Positions 1 through 9,696 of a DNA stretch of 64,000 bases are shown piece by piece. The first letter of the stretch is position 1. Each line of letters starts with the position of its first letter. A program made the position numbers and the translations under genes. This stretch comes from Candidatus Nanohalarchaeota archaeon. GTDB taxonomy: Archaea; Nanohalarchaeota; Nanosalinia; Nanosalinales; Nanosalinaceae. Where the stretch lies: assembly GCA_022729235.1 (NCBI GenBank), contig JALDAJ010000001.1, forward strand, positions 96,001 to 160,000, given 5' to 3'. The notes under the pieces were generated by a model, which did not search any database, had not been told where the DNA came from, and worked only from the letters and a program-made list of their open reading frames with translations.

Positions 1-1133
1 TGACCTGTCGTGTGGACATCCATGTAGAGCCGGACACCTTTCTCCTTCAGCTTCTTCTCAAGGCTGTACCGGTTCGCCTCAGTGAGAGGTGTCGGGATAG
101 TCCTTGATGAGAAGATGACATGGTCATCCTTTGAAAGCTCGAACGGGTAAGTTCCAGATGCTAACTTGTCGAGCTGTGCGCCCGGTTCTCCCTGGTTACC
201 TGTGGCAACGACAAGCCATTCCTCTTTCTCGTTGTCAACACGGTTCATCAGCTGTTCGACCTCATCGAAGTATGAGACAACTTCAACATCTGAGAGGTCG
301 ATGAGCCCTAAATCTGCAGCGGCTTCAGTGTACTCCTTCAGCGAGCGACCGACGAACGCGACCTTCCTGCGACCATCGTTTGCCCTGAGCAGGGAATTAA
401 GCCTTGATATCTGGGATGAGAACGTGGTCACGATGACCGCGCCTCCCGCCTCGTAGCACGAGTTCAGGACTCCACGGAGTTCGACTTCCACTGATTCCTC
501 TGAACGTGCTCTACCCGGCGAACTTACCCTAGTAGTTCCCGGAATCATCAGTTTGACATTGTTGCTTCCTGCCTCTTTCAGCCGTTCTATATCGGTCGTC
601 TCCTCGATAACCGGTGAGAAATCGATTTTCATGTCGTTCCCGTAAACCACTTTTCCTTCAGGCGTGTCGAGAAGAGACAGTGTCGCCTGCGGAATCGAGT
701 GGTTAACGTGCATGAATTCGAGAGTGAGGTCGTCGTTAATCGCGTACTCATCTCCTTTCTCGACCGCGATAACGTCATTCTTGATGTTCTTCCGGTCGTC
801 CTCCAGGATACCCTGGATAACTCTCTTTGTGTACGGTGTACACAGAATCGGTGCATCGTACGCGCCCGCGAGTTTTGGAATCGCTCCGACGTGGTCAAGG
901 TGTCCGTGTCCTATGACGATCGCTTTGACATCTTTGTCCATTATCTGCTCGTCGAGAGGGATAGCCCCAGTCTCTAATGCATCATTGGTGGTCATCTCGT
1001 TGACTTCGCCATCAGCGTTGATGACCTCCTCCATTTCGAAACCCATGTCAAAAATAACTGTCTGATTTTGAACTTCAACTGCTGTCATGTTGCGGCCTAC
1101 TTCCTCGTAGCCGCCTAACGTATGTACTTTCAT
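1..1133 (-). CDS. rnj: Ribonuclease J (metallo-beta-lactamase/beta-CASP), running off the left edge of the window
   Basis: Read by hand from the ATG at 1133: MKVHTLGGYEEVGRNMTAVEV...VIFDMG...IVIGHGHLDHVGAIPKL...VNHSIP...DFKID...TTFSSQISR...TGNQGEP. It is absent from the ORF track because no stop codon lies in the window. Confidence 0.93.
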   Translation of the reverse strand, partial: MKVHTLGGYEEVGRNMTAVEVQNQTVIFDMGFEMEEVINADGEVNEMTTNDALETGAIPLDEQIMDKDVKAIVIGHGHLDHVGAIPKLAGAYDAPILCTPYTKRVIQGILEDDRKNIKNDVIAVEKGDEYAINDDLTLEFMHVNHSIPQATLSLLDTPEGKVVYGNDMKIDFSPVIEETTDIERLKEAGSNNVKLMIPGTTRVSSPGRARSEESVEVELRGVLNSCYEAGGAVIVTTFSSQISRLNSLLRANDGRRKVAFVGRSLKEYTEAAADLGLIDLSDVEVVSYFDEVEQLMNRVDNEKEEWLVVATGNQGEPGAQLDKLASGTYPFELSKDDHVIFSSRTIPTPLTEANRYSLEKKLKEKGVRLYMDVHTTG

Positions 1134-1197
1134 CTATTTTATCACGTTTCATACTTCTAGTTCAAAACAGGAACTCTTTTAAATAGAGAAGTCCGAT

Positions 1198-2118
1198 TTA
1201 GTAGACTTCCTGTATAAAGTTGTTAAACCGGTCGTAAGAGCCCGAACCCATAAATTCCCGGTATTCTCCGGTCTCCGTGTTGTAAATCAGGAATCCAGGA
1301 GTTCCTCTAACAAAGTCAGGGTTTCCTGGGTAATCAAAGGATTCCGCCTCCGCCTGGTCCTCTTCTACACTGTCAATGGTCTCCTGGTTGTCTATACAGC
1401 TCATAAGTTCCTCTGTATCCAGACCTGTTTGATCCGAGTACTGCTCTATCTCTGAACGGATAACTGCCGAGTTAAGCTCTCCCTGGTTCTGGTATATCCA
1501 GTTCTTCATATCCCAGAAAGCATCAGTGTCCTGTCTTAGAGCACACTGAACAGCTATATCCCCAGTGTCGCTGAGGGTGTGCATGGTGTTGAAGTGCTTG
1601 TAGAAGTACTGTACATCTCCTTCAGCCGCATACTCCTCGACTATCTTGTAGAAGTTCCCTGTGTTGTGTTCACCACAGAACCCGCAGTCAAAGTCTTCGT
1701 AAGTTACGATAACTATATCTGCTTCCTCGGAACCTATGTAAGGTTTACCCTGTAAACTCACGTCTCCGCCCGGCCATTCAAAGCTTCCTTCTCCCAGACC
1801 GGTGTTAAATTCTGATGCGTCGAACTCGTATTCTTCAGCAGGGGCGCCGTCAATCATCAGTTCATCGTCTTCTGTACCTGCGGTCGGTCGGTCCTGAGTT
1901 TGTTCTTCCTGCTGAGGCTGTTGTTCGGAATCTCCGGTTGGCGCAGCGTCACCTCCATCTTCTAGAGGGTTTTCTCCGAACTGGACGTATGTAGGCGGTT
2001 CATCATCTACAAAAACCGAGATAGCTACAGCACCTGCCAAGAAACCTGCCGCAAAAACCAGTACAAGCGCATTCCTGACAGTTAAAGTGATACTGACTGC
2101 ATTACCCTCTGTATCCAT
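1198..2118 (-). CDS. Membrane-anchored DsbA/thioredoxin-fold disulfide oxidoreductase
   Basis: N-terminal TM helix and acidic linker; YEDFDCGFC (CxxC) and VRGTPGF (cis-Pro loop). Confidence 0.88.
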   Translation of the reverse strand: MDTEGNAVSITLTVRNALVLVFAAGFLAGAVAISVFVDDEPPTYVQFGENPLEDGGDAAPTGDSEQQPQQEEQTQDRPTAGTEDDELMIDGAPAEEYEFDASEFNTGLGEGSFEWPGGDVSLQGKPYIGSEEADIVIVTYEDFDCGFCGEHNTGNFYKIVEEYAAEGDVQYFYKHFNTMHTLSDTGDIAVQCALRQDTDAFWDMKNWIYQNQGELNSAVIRSEIEQYSDQTGLDTEELMSCIDNQETIDSVEEDQAEAESFDYPGNPDFVRGTPGFLIYNTETGEYREFMGSGSYDRFNNFIQEVY

Positions 2119-2187
2119 ACCCGCAACTTGGAATCATACGCTTTTGTATCCTTCGAACTCGCCACAGAAAGACCTCTCAAGCATCTT

Positions 2188-3789
2188 TTACTGGAGCACT
2201 CTTTCATCCCCGAACTCGTCTACATAGTGAACATTTCCGTCGATCCAGGCTGTCCCGGTATTCGCCGATGGACTGCTTCCAGTGGCTGCTCCATGATATC
2301 TTCTCTTATCTCCGTTCTGGTCTATCCAGTAGAAGTATTCTCCATCTATCCATGCGTGACCCTTACTACCGGTGTGACCTGAAGACTCCACATTGTTCTC
2401 GTTTATTATCCAGTACTCGGTGCTTCCATCCGTCCAGTGGAACGCATCTCCTTCAATCCATGCCATCCCCGGATCAGCCTCGCTGTTGGATTTAGTATCA
2501 CGCTGCATGCATGGACAGTCGTTCGTTTCACATGGTTCAGACTCAGTATCTGTGTACGTGTCAGAGTCACAGCTACCGCCGCTGCAACCCTTATAATCAG
2601 TACACTCCCCGTCCCTAGACATGGAGCCGTCATCATCACAGTACCAGTCACCCCAGTCATCACACTCCTCATCGGTACGGCAGGTCTCTACTGTATAAGT
2701 GTTCGTTCCTGTACAGCTTGTCGAAGTACAATCACCACCGTCACACCCTGTGTAATCAGTGCCTGTGTTCTCCTCATCCTGGACAACATCATCACCATCA
2801 CAGTAAGGATCACCAGTATCCTCCCAACTACACGTATCACCAGTAGAACACGAAGAACCATCATCAACCCAACGAGTCTCAGTAGAAGTATCTTCCTGGC
2901 ATGACCCGCCGCTACAACCCTCATAATCAGTACAACTACGCTCCTGCTCCTTTATCGGCTGATCACCGTCACAACTTGTCGCACCCGTATCACTCCAGGA
3001 ACCACAGTCCTCACCTGTAGGACACGACTCTACAGTGATCGTCCTACTACCACTGCAGCTTGTCCAAGTACAACTACCGCCGCTGCAGCCCGTGTAATCA
3101 GTGCCTGACTCCTCTTGATCCTGGACAACATCATTACCATCACAGTACTCGCTACCATCATCCTCCCAACTACACGTATCACCAGTAGAACACGAAGAAC
3201 CATCATCAACCCAACGAGTCCCGCTGCAGCTTGTTGAAGTACAGCTACCGCTACTACAACCAGTGTAATCAGTACCTTCATACGACTGCTCCTTCTGAGG
3301 CTGATCACCGTCACACCTCGTCGCACCTGTATCCTCCCAACTACAAGTATCACCAGTAGGACATGACTCGCTGCTGTAATCGCAGTAGCCGCCGCTCGAA
3401 GAACAGCTCCAGTCCCCGTTATACAGCCGTGTATCTCCATCACACGTGTCATCACAGCTCTGATAGTCATCCGAACTACCCCATTCACAGGTCCAGCCGC
3501 TCGAGGTACAGTCAGCCGAGCCATCATAATAACAGGTACCCATACCATCCATCTGATAGTCGCAGTCAGGATAATCACTGTCCTGACCGCTGTAATCACA
3601 TTGCTCTTCCATCTGATTACAGACACCGTCGTAGTAACAGGTCATCGAACCATCGACGTAAGTATCACAATCATAATCTGAACCACAAGTATTACCCCAG
3701 CCTGCAGAAACACCGGAAACCAGAGATAGTACCAATAGAGACAGAAGTATTGCAGATATAAGTAGTCCGCCAGGCAACCTGGTTTTCAC
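2188..3789 (-). CDS. Secreted Cys-rich tandem-repeat protein with a C-terminal triple 'AWI(D/E)G' repeat
   Basis: Signal peptide; repeats of about 55 aa (CxTGDTCSWEDxG..CDG..TDYxGCSGGSC). The GTG at 3789 overlaps the upstream TGA (GTGA) and is more likely than the TTG at 3798. Confidence 0.8.
   Translation of the reverse strand: MKTRLPGGLLISAILLSLLVLSLVSGVSAGWGNTCGSDYDCDTYVDGSMTCYYDGVCNQMEEQCDYSGQDSDYPDCDYQMDGMGTCYYDGSADCTSSGWTCEWGSSDDYQSCDDTCDGDTRLYNGDWSCSSSGGYCDYSSESCPTGDTCSWEDTGATRCDGDQPQKEQSYEGTDYTGCSSGSCTSTSCSGTRWVDDGSSCSTGDTCSWEDDGSEYCDGNDVVQDQEESGTDYTGCSGGSCTWTSCSGSRTITVESCPTGEDCGSWSDTGATSCDGDQPIKEQERSCTDYEGCSGGSCQEDTSTETRWVDDGSSCSTGDTCSWEDTGDPYCDGDDVVQDEENTGTDYTGCDGGDCTSTSCTGTNTYTVETCRTDEECDDWGDWYCDDDGSMSRDGECTDYKGCSGGSCDSDTYTDTESEPCETNDCPCMQRDTKSNSEADPGMAWIEGDAFHWTDGSTEYWIINENNVESSGHTGSKGHAWIDGEYFYWIDQNGDKRRYHGAATGSSPSANTGTAWIDGNVHYVDEFGDERVLQ
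2818..3220. repeat. Intragenic direct repeat: identical 61-bp copies at 2818-2878 and 3160-3220
   Basis: atcctcccaactacacgtatcaccagtagaacacgaagaaccatcatcaacccaacgagtc occurs twice, 342 bp apart. Confidence 0.85.
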
Positions 3790-4463
3790 GGCTGCCAACC
3801 ACCTCCTTCAAAGGAAGCTACGCTCTCCTGCCCTGATGGGAACTCAAGCACCATGTGTTTATCCATGTTTTTACAGTCGTAACGAACATAGAACTCTCTC
3901 TCAGTCTTATTACATTCTTCCCCTAAATAAGAACTCACCAAATCAACTGCCTCGTTCCGGGACATATTATCAGGCAAAGCCAAGTGTACAAACCTATCGT
4001 TATATACTCCAATTTCAATTCCTTCCTCACAGTCACAGGAACTACCACCGCACTCACAGTCTAAAGCTTTTGAAACTCCTCTAGTGTAGTATGCGAACTT
4101 GGTGTTGTTAGAATACTCGCCCTCAAGAAACTTCGATCCAGAAGGATTGAACTTTGTTCCCGCCGTCCTGTTAACCTCAGCGTATCCGAAACACGCTGTC
4201 TGCTCACCGCATGGGAAACACGCGGTGTCAGTTCCGTTCATCTCGTCGAAGTAGAACTCTTCGCCTTCACAGCCGATAGCTGTCAGGCTCGAGTTGACTC
4301 TTTCATCCATGTACTCCGTTGAATTAGCATAGAACTCACTGCTATCCATCAAATCATCCTGTTCAGAGAGTAAAAGGTAAGAAGAGACGGCAGTTACCGA
4401 AATAATCACTACTAACAGGACTGCCAGCAAACCTTTTCTAGTTATCATATTATCGAGCCTCAA
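3786..4463 (-). CDS. Hypothetical secreted or membrane-anchored Cys-containing protein
   Basis: N-terminal hydrophobic segment (start may be 4448); several Cys and N-x-S/T sequons; co-oriented within the operon. Confidence 0.7.
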   Translation of the reverse strand: MRLDNMITRKGLLAVLLVVIISVTAVSSYLLLSEQDDLMDSSEFYANSTEYMDERVNSSLTAIGCEGEEFYFDEMNGTDTACFPCGEQTACFGYAEVNRTAGTKFNPSGSKFLEGEYSNNTKFAYYTRGVSKALDCECGGSSCDCEEGIEIGVYNDRFVHLALPDNMSRNEAVDLVSSYLGEECNKTEREFYVRYDCKNMDKHMVLEFPSGQESVASFEGGGWQP

Positions 4464-4475
4464 TCCAGCACCACG

Positions 4476-5582
4476 TCAGTACATGTTCGCTCCTACAGGG
4501 AATCGGAAGGTTTGTGAAGCCGATATGTCGTCCGCATTCACCTGTTCAGCGTTGTCTATGCTGTTACCGTTCATATCCACATCGCTGGCAGGGTCAAGGT
4601 TACCACTGCCGTCTAAATCATTCGCTCCGCTCCAGTCGTCGATATTCCCGCTAGAGTCAAAGTCATTTGCGGAACCAAGAACAGAGCCCTCATCAACGTT
4701 CAAAGTCGTGGACTCACCGAGAGAAACAGAGCCGCCACCAGTTAAATGGCTGCCAGAACTAACTGTGATGTCATCGTTAACTAGTTCGCTACTTCCTATA
4801 CTATTGGAAGCGACCGCAACATTATCACTGCTAATCGTTAAGGCATTACCTGTATTCACATCCAGCTCCTCGTTGGTTCCATCCCAGGAGAGACCTGAAC
4901 CACCCATCGATGACTGCGCGATATTCTCAACACTACCCAAACCAACATCTGAGGCAGAAACATCCGACTCATCAATATCAAGATTACCCCAGCTCAAATC
5001 ATACGTATCCGTCTCATCCAACTCAGAAGAAGAAACCGCGTTAGAAGCAATATTACCTGTGTTAACTATACCATCACCTCCAAGATTCCCAATATTAATG
5101 ATATCGTTTTCATGCATGTTGATGTCAGCATCCTCAGTGATATGCAAGGTACCAGTCATCGAATCACCATCAATGCTAACGTAGTCACCGGAAACCTCTC
5201 CTGATACATCCCTGCAGTTGTACGTACCGTCATCATCTACACCCGCAACCACCTCTCCCGGATCACAGTCAGCAGCAAAAAAGTTCTCAATACTCTGACC
5301 ACTCATATCCAGGTCCGAAAACATCCTTAACTCGAAAACATCCGGGTCATACATCATAATCTCCTGACCTGTCGCATCCCGTAGAGTTATGCTGCCCGGG
5401 TCCGGTCGGGCGGTGATGTTAGTCAGCTCCGCGTCTGACAGGTCCTGGATGCTATAACCTTCAAAGTTCAGGTCTTCATCAGCAGGTCCTATCTCGGAGA
5501 ACGGGTGGTGCTGCATCTGTGCAGCTGCTACCCCTATCAGCGCTATCACTGTAAGTATCAAGAATACCTTTCTGGTTTTCAC
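4476..5582 (-). CDS. Secreted acidic fibre-like protein 1 (phage tail-fibre-like motifs)
   Basis: Signal peptide; HPFSEIGPADEDL N-motif; YVSIDGDSMTGTL; IASNAVSSSEL repeats; C-terminus FRFPVGANMY. Confidence 0.75.
   Translation of the reverse strand: MKTRKVFLILTVIALIGVAAAQMQHHPFSEIGPADEDLNFEGYSIQDLSDAELTNITARPDPGSITLRDATGQEIMMYDPDVFELRMFSDLDMSGQSIENFFAADCDPGEVVAGVDDDGTYNCRDVSGEVSGDYVSIDGDSMTGTLHITEDADINMHENDIINIGNLGGDGIVNTGNIASNAVSSSELDETDTYDLSWGNLDIDESDVSASDVGLGSVENIAQSSMGGSGLSWDGTNEELDVNTGNALTISSDNVAVASNSIGSSELVNDDITVSSGSHLTGGGSVSLGESTTLNVDEGSVLGSANDFDSSGNIDDWSGANDLDGSGNLDPASDVDMNGNSIDNAEQVNADDISASQTFRFPVGANMY
5179..5315. repeat. 137-bp dispersed repeat, copy 1 (identical to 47741-47877)
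   Basis: Base-by-base comparison from acgtagtcaccggaaacc to ctcatatccaggtc. Confidence 0.9.
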
Positions 5583-5667
5583 GGCTTAAGCCCCTGACTT
5601 AATCCATAAGTTGTAGAGCTGGAATATAAAACCAGGTTTTTATTCTAGCGTCCGCAAATTCTGGGCA

Positions 5668-6606
5668 ATGAAGCGAGGAGTAGCTGCCATACTGTTTATC
5701 CTTGTGATGGCGTATTCCGCTCAGGCGATATCCGCTGATATCAAGGATGTAGGAGAAAGCTGCGACCCAGAGCAGGAGGCGTCACTAGTGTCGATAAACG
5801 ATACTGATGGCGGACACGTTGCAGAGCCCGGGTATTACGGACACGAGGTCTGTGTAGAAGGCGAGATAGAATACAACGTAAGGGAGAGCTGTACGGGCGG
5901 AGAGACACACGTTTTCTCTCTATTTGACAGGACTAACTCCCACCTGAGCATGTATTCAACATACAATTACGATGTGTGTTCACGGCAGACACGGGCATGG
6001 GTTGACAGCACTTGTAGCGAAAACGGTACAGCTGTCCTGTCAGTCGAATCGGATAACAATACTCACGTGGCAGAACCAAACCATGAAGATTTCTCCCAGC
6101 AGATTTGCATGTCATTTATAGAACCGGAAAACGTCACCGTGGAGCTTTCAGGTCTTTCCGGCGACGATTTCTACGTTGACGATCACGAGGAGACTGTCGA
6201 GCCGAGAGAGGAGTCCTGGAGACTTCTCGAGTACCCATACGTCGTTGCTGAAGAGAACAACCACGTCACAGGTCTTGTAAGCCAGGGTGACTTTGTCAAG
6301 CTATCCCATCCCGACGAGACCGTGATGTCCATGACTGTAAGCGAAGGAAGTATACTGGTACCTCACACAGAAGGCGGTGTAGAGAACATTGAGAGAAGGC
6401 AGGATATGGTGCTGGACAACGTGTTCCTGCGGCAGTTGAGCCCGAGCTTCGCATTCTTCATACCAGACCAGCCAACAGTGAGAGTGGTACTCCAGCCCGA
6501 TCAGGAAGTTGAGGGCTTCTCCAGCGTCCTCCGGCGCGATATCACGATCGGGGTAAGTAACGAGGGACTGCGAGACGGAGAGCTTGTGATAAATATAGAA
6601 GGTTGA
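5668..6606 (+). CDS. Secreted protein with three Cys/His repeats (paralogue of 49283-50206)
   Basis: Signal peptide; three units of C-x-S-x(5-8)-H(V/L)(A/S)-x-Y/F-x-C; shares ENVT, YPYVV/FPYIV, LVP(H/F)TxG and ERRQ..L.N.F..QL.PSF.FF.P with the paralogue. Confidence 0.8.
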   Translation: MKRGVAAILFILVMAYSAQAISADIKDVGESCDPEQEASLVSINDTDGGHVAEPGYYGHEVCVEGEIEYNVRESCTGGETHVFSLFDRTNSHLSMYSTYNYDVCSRQTRAWVDSTCSENGTAVLSVESDNNTHVAEPNHEDFSQQICMSFIEPENVTVELSGLSGDDFYVDDHEETVEPREESWRLLEYPYVVAEENNHVTGLVSQGDFVKLSHPDETVMSMTVSEGSILVPHTEGGVENIERRQDMVLDNVFLRQLSPSFAFFIPDQPTVRVVLQPDQEVEGFSSVLRRDITIGVSNEGLRDGELVINIEG

Positions 6607-6645
6607 AAGAAAAGCTGTTATTATTTTAGATAAGAACGCAGTACT

Positions 6646-7401
6646 ATGGAAGAATTCTCGGTTGTCATCCCAACGCTGAACGAAGAAGATAATATTGGAG
6701 AGGTTATCGACGCGATAAAAGGTATCAGCGACCCTGAGATAATAGTTATGGATGACGATTCCAGGGATAATACCAGAGATGAAGCCAGAAAGAGAGACGT
6801 CAAGGTCATCCACAGGAAGGAGAAAAGAGACCTGAGCAAGTCAGTGGTTGAGGGGTTGAAAGCCGCATCTTATGATAGAGTCGTGGTCATGGACGGCGAC
6901 GGCCAGCATCCGCCAAAGAAAGTACCTGAGATAGCTGAGAAGCTTGAAGAAGACGGACTAGTTATCGGCTGCCGTGAAGAAGTAATAGGCAACTGGGGGC
7001 TACACCGCCGATTGATGTCTCTTGGGGCAGAGCTACTGGTCAAGACGCTTTTCAAGAGCTGCAGAAGAACGAGAGACCCTTTATCAGGATTCTTCGGAAT
7101 CGATAGAGATGCTCTAGACCTAGGCAAGATGAGCCCAAGAGGTTACAAGATACTGGCAGAAATACTGGTTCTCACCGGCATCAGACCTCAAGAAGTCGCT
7201 TACAGTTTCCATCAGCGCCAGAGAGGGAGGTCATCAATCGGTATTTCTTCAATCGCAGATTTCCTTACTCACGTGCTAGAGCTAAAATATAGGCAACTAG
7301 GTAGCAGCCCTCAATACGCGTCCCTCCAGGAGTCACTGATAGATCCGGTTGACCGCCGTAGTACTTCACGGTCTCTAGCGTGTAACCCCCCTGAAACGTA
7401 G
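6646..7401 (+). CDS. GT2 polyprenol-phosphate glycosyltransferase (Dpm1-like)
   Basis: SVVIPTLNEEDNI, DDDSRD, VVMDGDGQHPP, DPLSGFF. Confidence 0.9.
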   Translation: MEEFSVVIPTLNEEDNIGEVIDAIKGISDPEIIVMDDDSRDNTRDEARKRDVKVIHRKEKRDLSKSVVEGLKAASYDRVVVMDGDGQHPPKKVPEIAEKLEEDGLVIGCREEVIGNWGLHRRLMSLGAELLVKTLFKSCRRTRDPLSGFFGIDRDALDLGKMSPRGYKILAEILVLTGIRPQEVAYSFHQRQRGRSSIGISSIADFLTHVLELKYRQLGSSPQYASLQESLIDPVDRRSTSRSLACNPPET

Positions 7402-8822
7402 AGTAGTCCTGCATAAAGAACTGTGAGAAACGCCCCGAGAAATGCGCTTTCTAGCGGACTAGGAGCTAAAAAGACCTTCAGACCGTAAACTACTCCCGAG
7501 GACAGCATTATAGCCGGAATTGCTTTCAGGTATTTACGGTTATACGGCAAACCACCGACCTCTCTCCTGGCAAATATCAGGAGTAAAGTATCGCCCAGGA
7601 AAAAGCCTATCGTGGTAGATATAGCTGCCCCCATTATACCGTAAACCGGTATCAGAAGGAGATTAAGCAGAACCGTGAACGTTGTTATAACCCCTATACC
7701 TAACATCTGTAGACGTGTTTTACCTGTCGAAAGAAGTATCATGCCTGCCGGTCCCTTGACAGCGTTGTAGAAAAAACCTATCGAAAGGACTGCCAGAGCG
7801 ACAGACCCTTCAACGTACGAAGACCCGAAAAGCAAGTGTATTATCTCTTCAGGGAAAATCAGCATCCCTGCCAGGAGCGGGAGTGTTAATGTAAATATCC
7901 AGCGAGTGGAAGTGCTATATACCTCCAGAATTCCGGACATATCCCTTTTTCCGTATAGCTCAGACACCACCGGCATGAACATGTAGCTCAGGGAGCTCAG
8001 CATGAAACCCATTATGCCCGCGATCGCATATGAGACATCGTAAATACCTGCCTGCGATGAGTCTATGAGCCACCCTAACATCAGGACGTCCACCCACCTG
8101 TTAACGATGAGCAGTATCGAGATCACGAACAGCGGCCAGGAGAAAGATATCAGACGCCTCACCGGAAAATCCGGATTAGAGAAAAGTCTGCCCTCAGACA
8201 CTTTCCTGCAGAAGTAGTACCCTGCAACCACTGCTATTGATGTCGCAATTATATACGCGTAGACCGCGCCCGTTACCCCGTAACCTGCCGATATGAAACT
8301 CGCTACTAACAGAAGTACCCCTCCTGACCATATAAAATCATCCATGTATATTTTGTGCTTGGCATCCTGCATACCTCTCAAGAGCGATTTGGCGAGTTTA
8401 AACAAAACCAGAGGAGTTATAGCAAGAGAAAACAATTTCAAAGGTTCTTCAAGAGCCGGTTCATCGAAAACCGAGACAGAGATCCATCCTGACAGGTAGA
8501 AGATGATCGCTGAGACCAGCAGTGATGAGGGAATGATAAGATACAGAGAGGTAGAAACTATACTGCCTGTAAGCTGTTCATCCTCACTGCCCGTGTAGAA
8601 AGACATGAAACGCGGTATGCTCATTGACAGACCAAGCAGAGATATCATGGCAGCAGCCTGGGCTATACCCATTCCTTGGACAAAAACACCGTAAGCCTCG
8701 GGACCGAGAAAACGTGCGAGAATGACCTTGACCAGATAGTAGAAAAAAGCCCCTACAAAAAAACCGGTTATGACTATAGCAGACCCAATACCCACCTTTG
8801 TGAGAGCTTCCTCTCCATCCAT
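7311..8822 (-). CDS. Wzx/MOP-family polysaccharide flippase
   Basis: Many TM helices; LARFLGPEAYG; DVLMLGW..AGIY. The ATG at 8822 is preferred as start. Confidence 0.9.
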   Translation of the reverse strand: MDGEEALTKVGIGSAIVITGFFVGAFFYYLVKVILARFLGPEAYGVFVQGMGIAQAAAMISLLGLSMSIPRFMSFYTGSEDEQLTGSIVSTSLYLIIPSSLLVSAIIFYLSGWISVSVFDEPALEEPLKLFSLAITPLVLFKLAKSLLRGMQDAKHKIYMDDFIWSGGVLLLVASFISAGYGVTGAVYAYIIATSIAVVAGYYFCRKVSEGRLFSNPDFPVRRLISFSWPLFVISILLIVNRWVDVLMLGWLIDSSQAGIYDVSYAIAGIMGFMLSSLSYMFMPVVSELYGKRDMSGILEVYSTSTRWIFTLTLPLLAGMLIFPEEIIHLLFGSSYVEGSVALAVLSIGFFYNAVKGPAGMILLSTGKTRLQMLGIGVITTFTVLLNLLLIPVYGIMGAAISTTIGFFLGDTLLLIFARREVGGLPYNRKYLKAIPAIMLSSGVVYGLKVFLAPSPLESAFLGAFLTVLYAGLLYVSGGLHARDREVLRRSTGSISDSWRDAY

Positions 8823-8913
8823 ACCAGAAAGTGTCGCACACCAATTTAAAACGGTATTCAACAGAGGTATAGGTACATACTATGGCTCAGAAAACCTTGC
8901 TCAGGAAGACAGT

Positions 8914-9612
8914 TCATCCTACCTTACGTAACCTCTGAAACATATCCTCCGTCAGGAGAAAGGTAAGTAGAACAATATTATCGAGTAAGTCCCCAAGAGA
9001 ATACTTTGAATTCCCGGACCTCCTTGGTAGGAACTCTATCGGAACCCCTACTACATCACAGTCCAGACTCATAAGAGATGCAGGAAGGAAGTGAAAGCCA
9101 TCCGGAAGATCATTTTCAAGTAATTTCAGAGCAACCTCCCTCTTATATGCTCTAAAACCACTTGTAATATCCTGGACTGGAGAACCAAGAAGATGAACGT
9201 ACAGATACACTCCTACAAGAGCCTGTACTCTCCTGTATAATGGATCTTTCCTTTTTCCATTATCAACGTATCTAGATCCTATTGCTATATCATGACCTTC
9301 ATTTATTGCATCAACAAGTTCCGGTATCTTTTCTACAGGATGAGAAAAATCAGCATCTAAATGAACTATGATCTCGCCTTTTGCAGCCGAGAAACCTTCC
9401 TTGTAAGCCGAACCTATACCTTTCCTGCTCTGTCTTTCGATCACCTTCAGGCTGTCCAGTCCCGTACTCCTTGCCTCTTCAACTGTTCTATCCTCAGAGT
9501 CGTCATCGATAACCAGTGCTTCGTACTCCTCCTCGATTATAGAGTCTATACGCTCAAGAAGCGGAGCAATGTTTCCCGCCTCATTATAGGTAGGGATAAT
9601 TACAGAAATCAT
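8914..9612 (-). CDS. GT2 polyprenol monophosphomannose synthase-like glycosyltransferase
   Basis: ISVIIPTYNEAGNI, DDDSED, LDADFSHP, IAIGSRYV, DITSGFRAY. Confidence 0.92.
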   Translation of the reverse strand: MISVIIPTYNEAGNIAPLLERIDSIIEEEYEALVIDDDSEDRTVEEARSTGLDSLKVIERQSRKGIGSAYKEGFSAAKGEIIVHLDADFSHPVEKIPELVDAINEGHDIAIGSRYVDNGKRKDPLYRRVQALVGVYLYVHLLGSPVQDITSGFRAYKREVALKLLENDLPDGFHFLPASLMSLDCDVVGVPIEFLPRRSGNSKYSLGDLLDNIVLLTFLLTEDMFQRLRKVG

Positions 9613-9696
9613 TCTTCTGCTCTATAAAGTGAAACTCAAAGATATTATTAAAACATGCGGAAAAGCAAAAAAGAGTACCCCTTAAAGTATAGATAG

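Noticed and set aside
4483-5184. Long antisense ORFs over fibre and other genes (also 38121, 46145, 46937, 3030, 664)
   Set aside because: They are Ser/Pro-rich shadows caused by codon bias of the real gene on the opposite strand.
7311-7401. 91-bp convergent overlap of the GT2 and flippase 3' ends
   Set aside because: Probably simple loss of a stop codon in a compact genome; the extension shows no motif.
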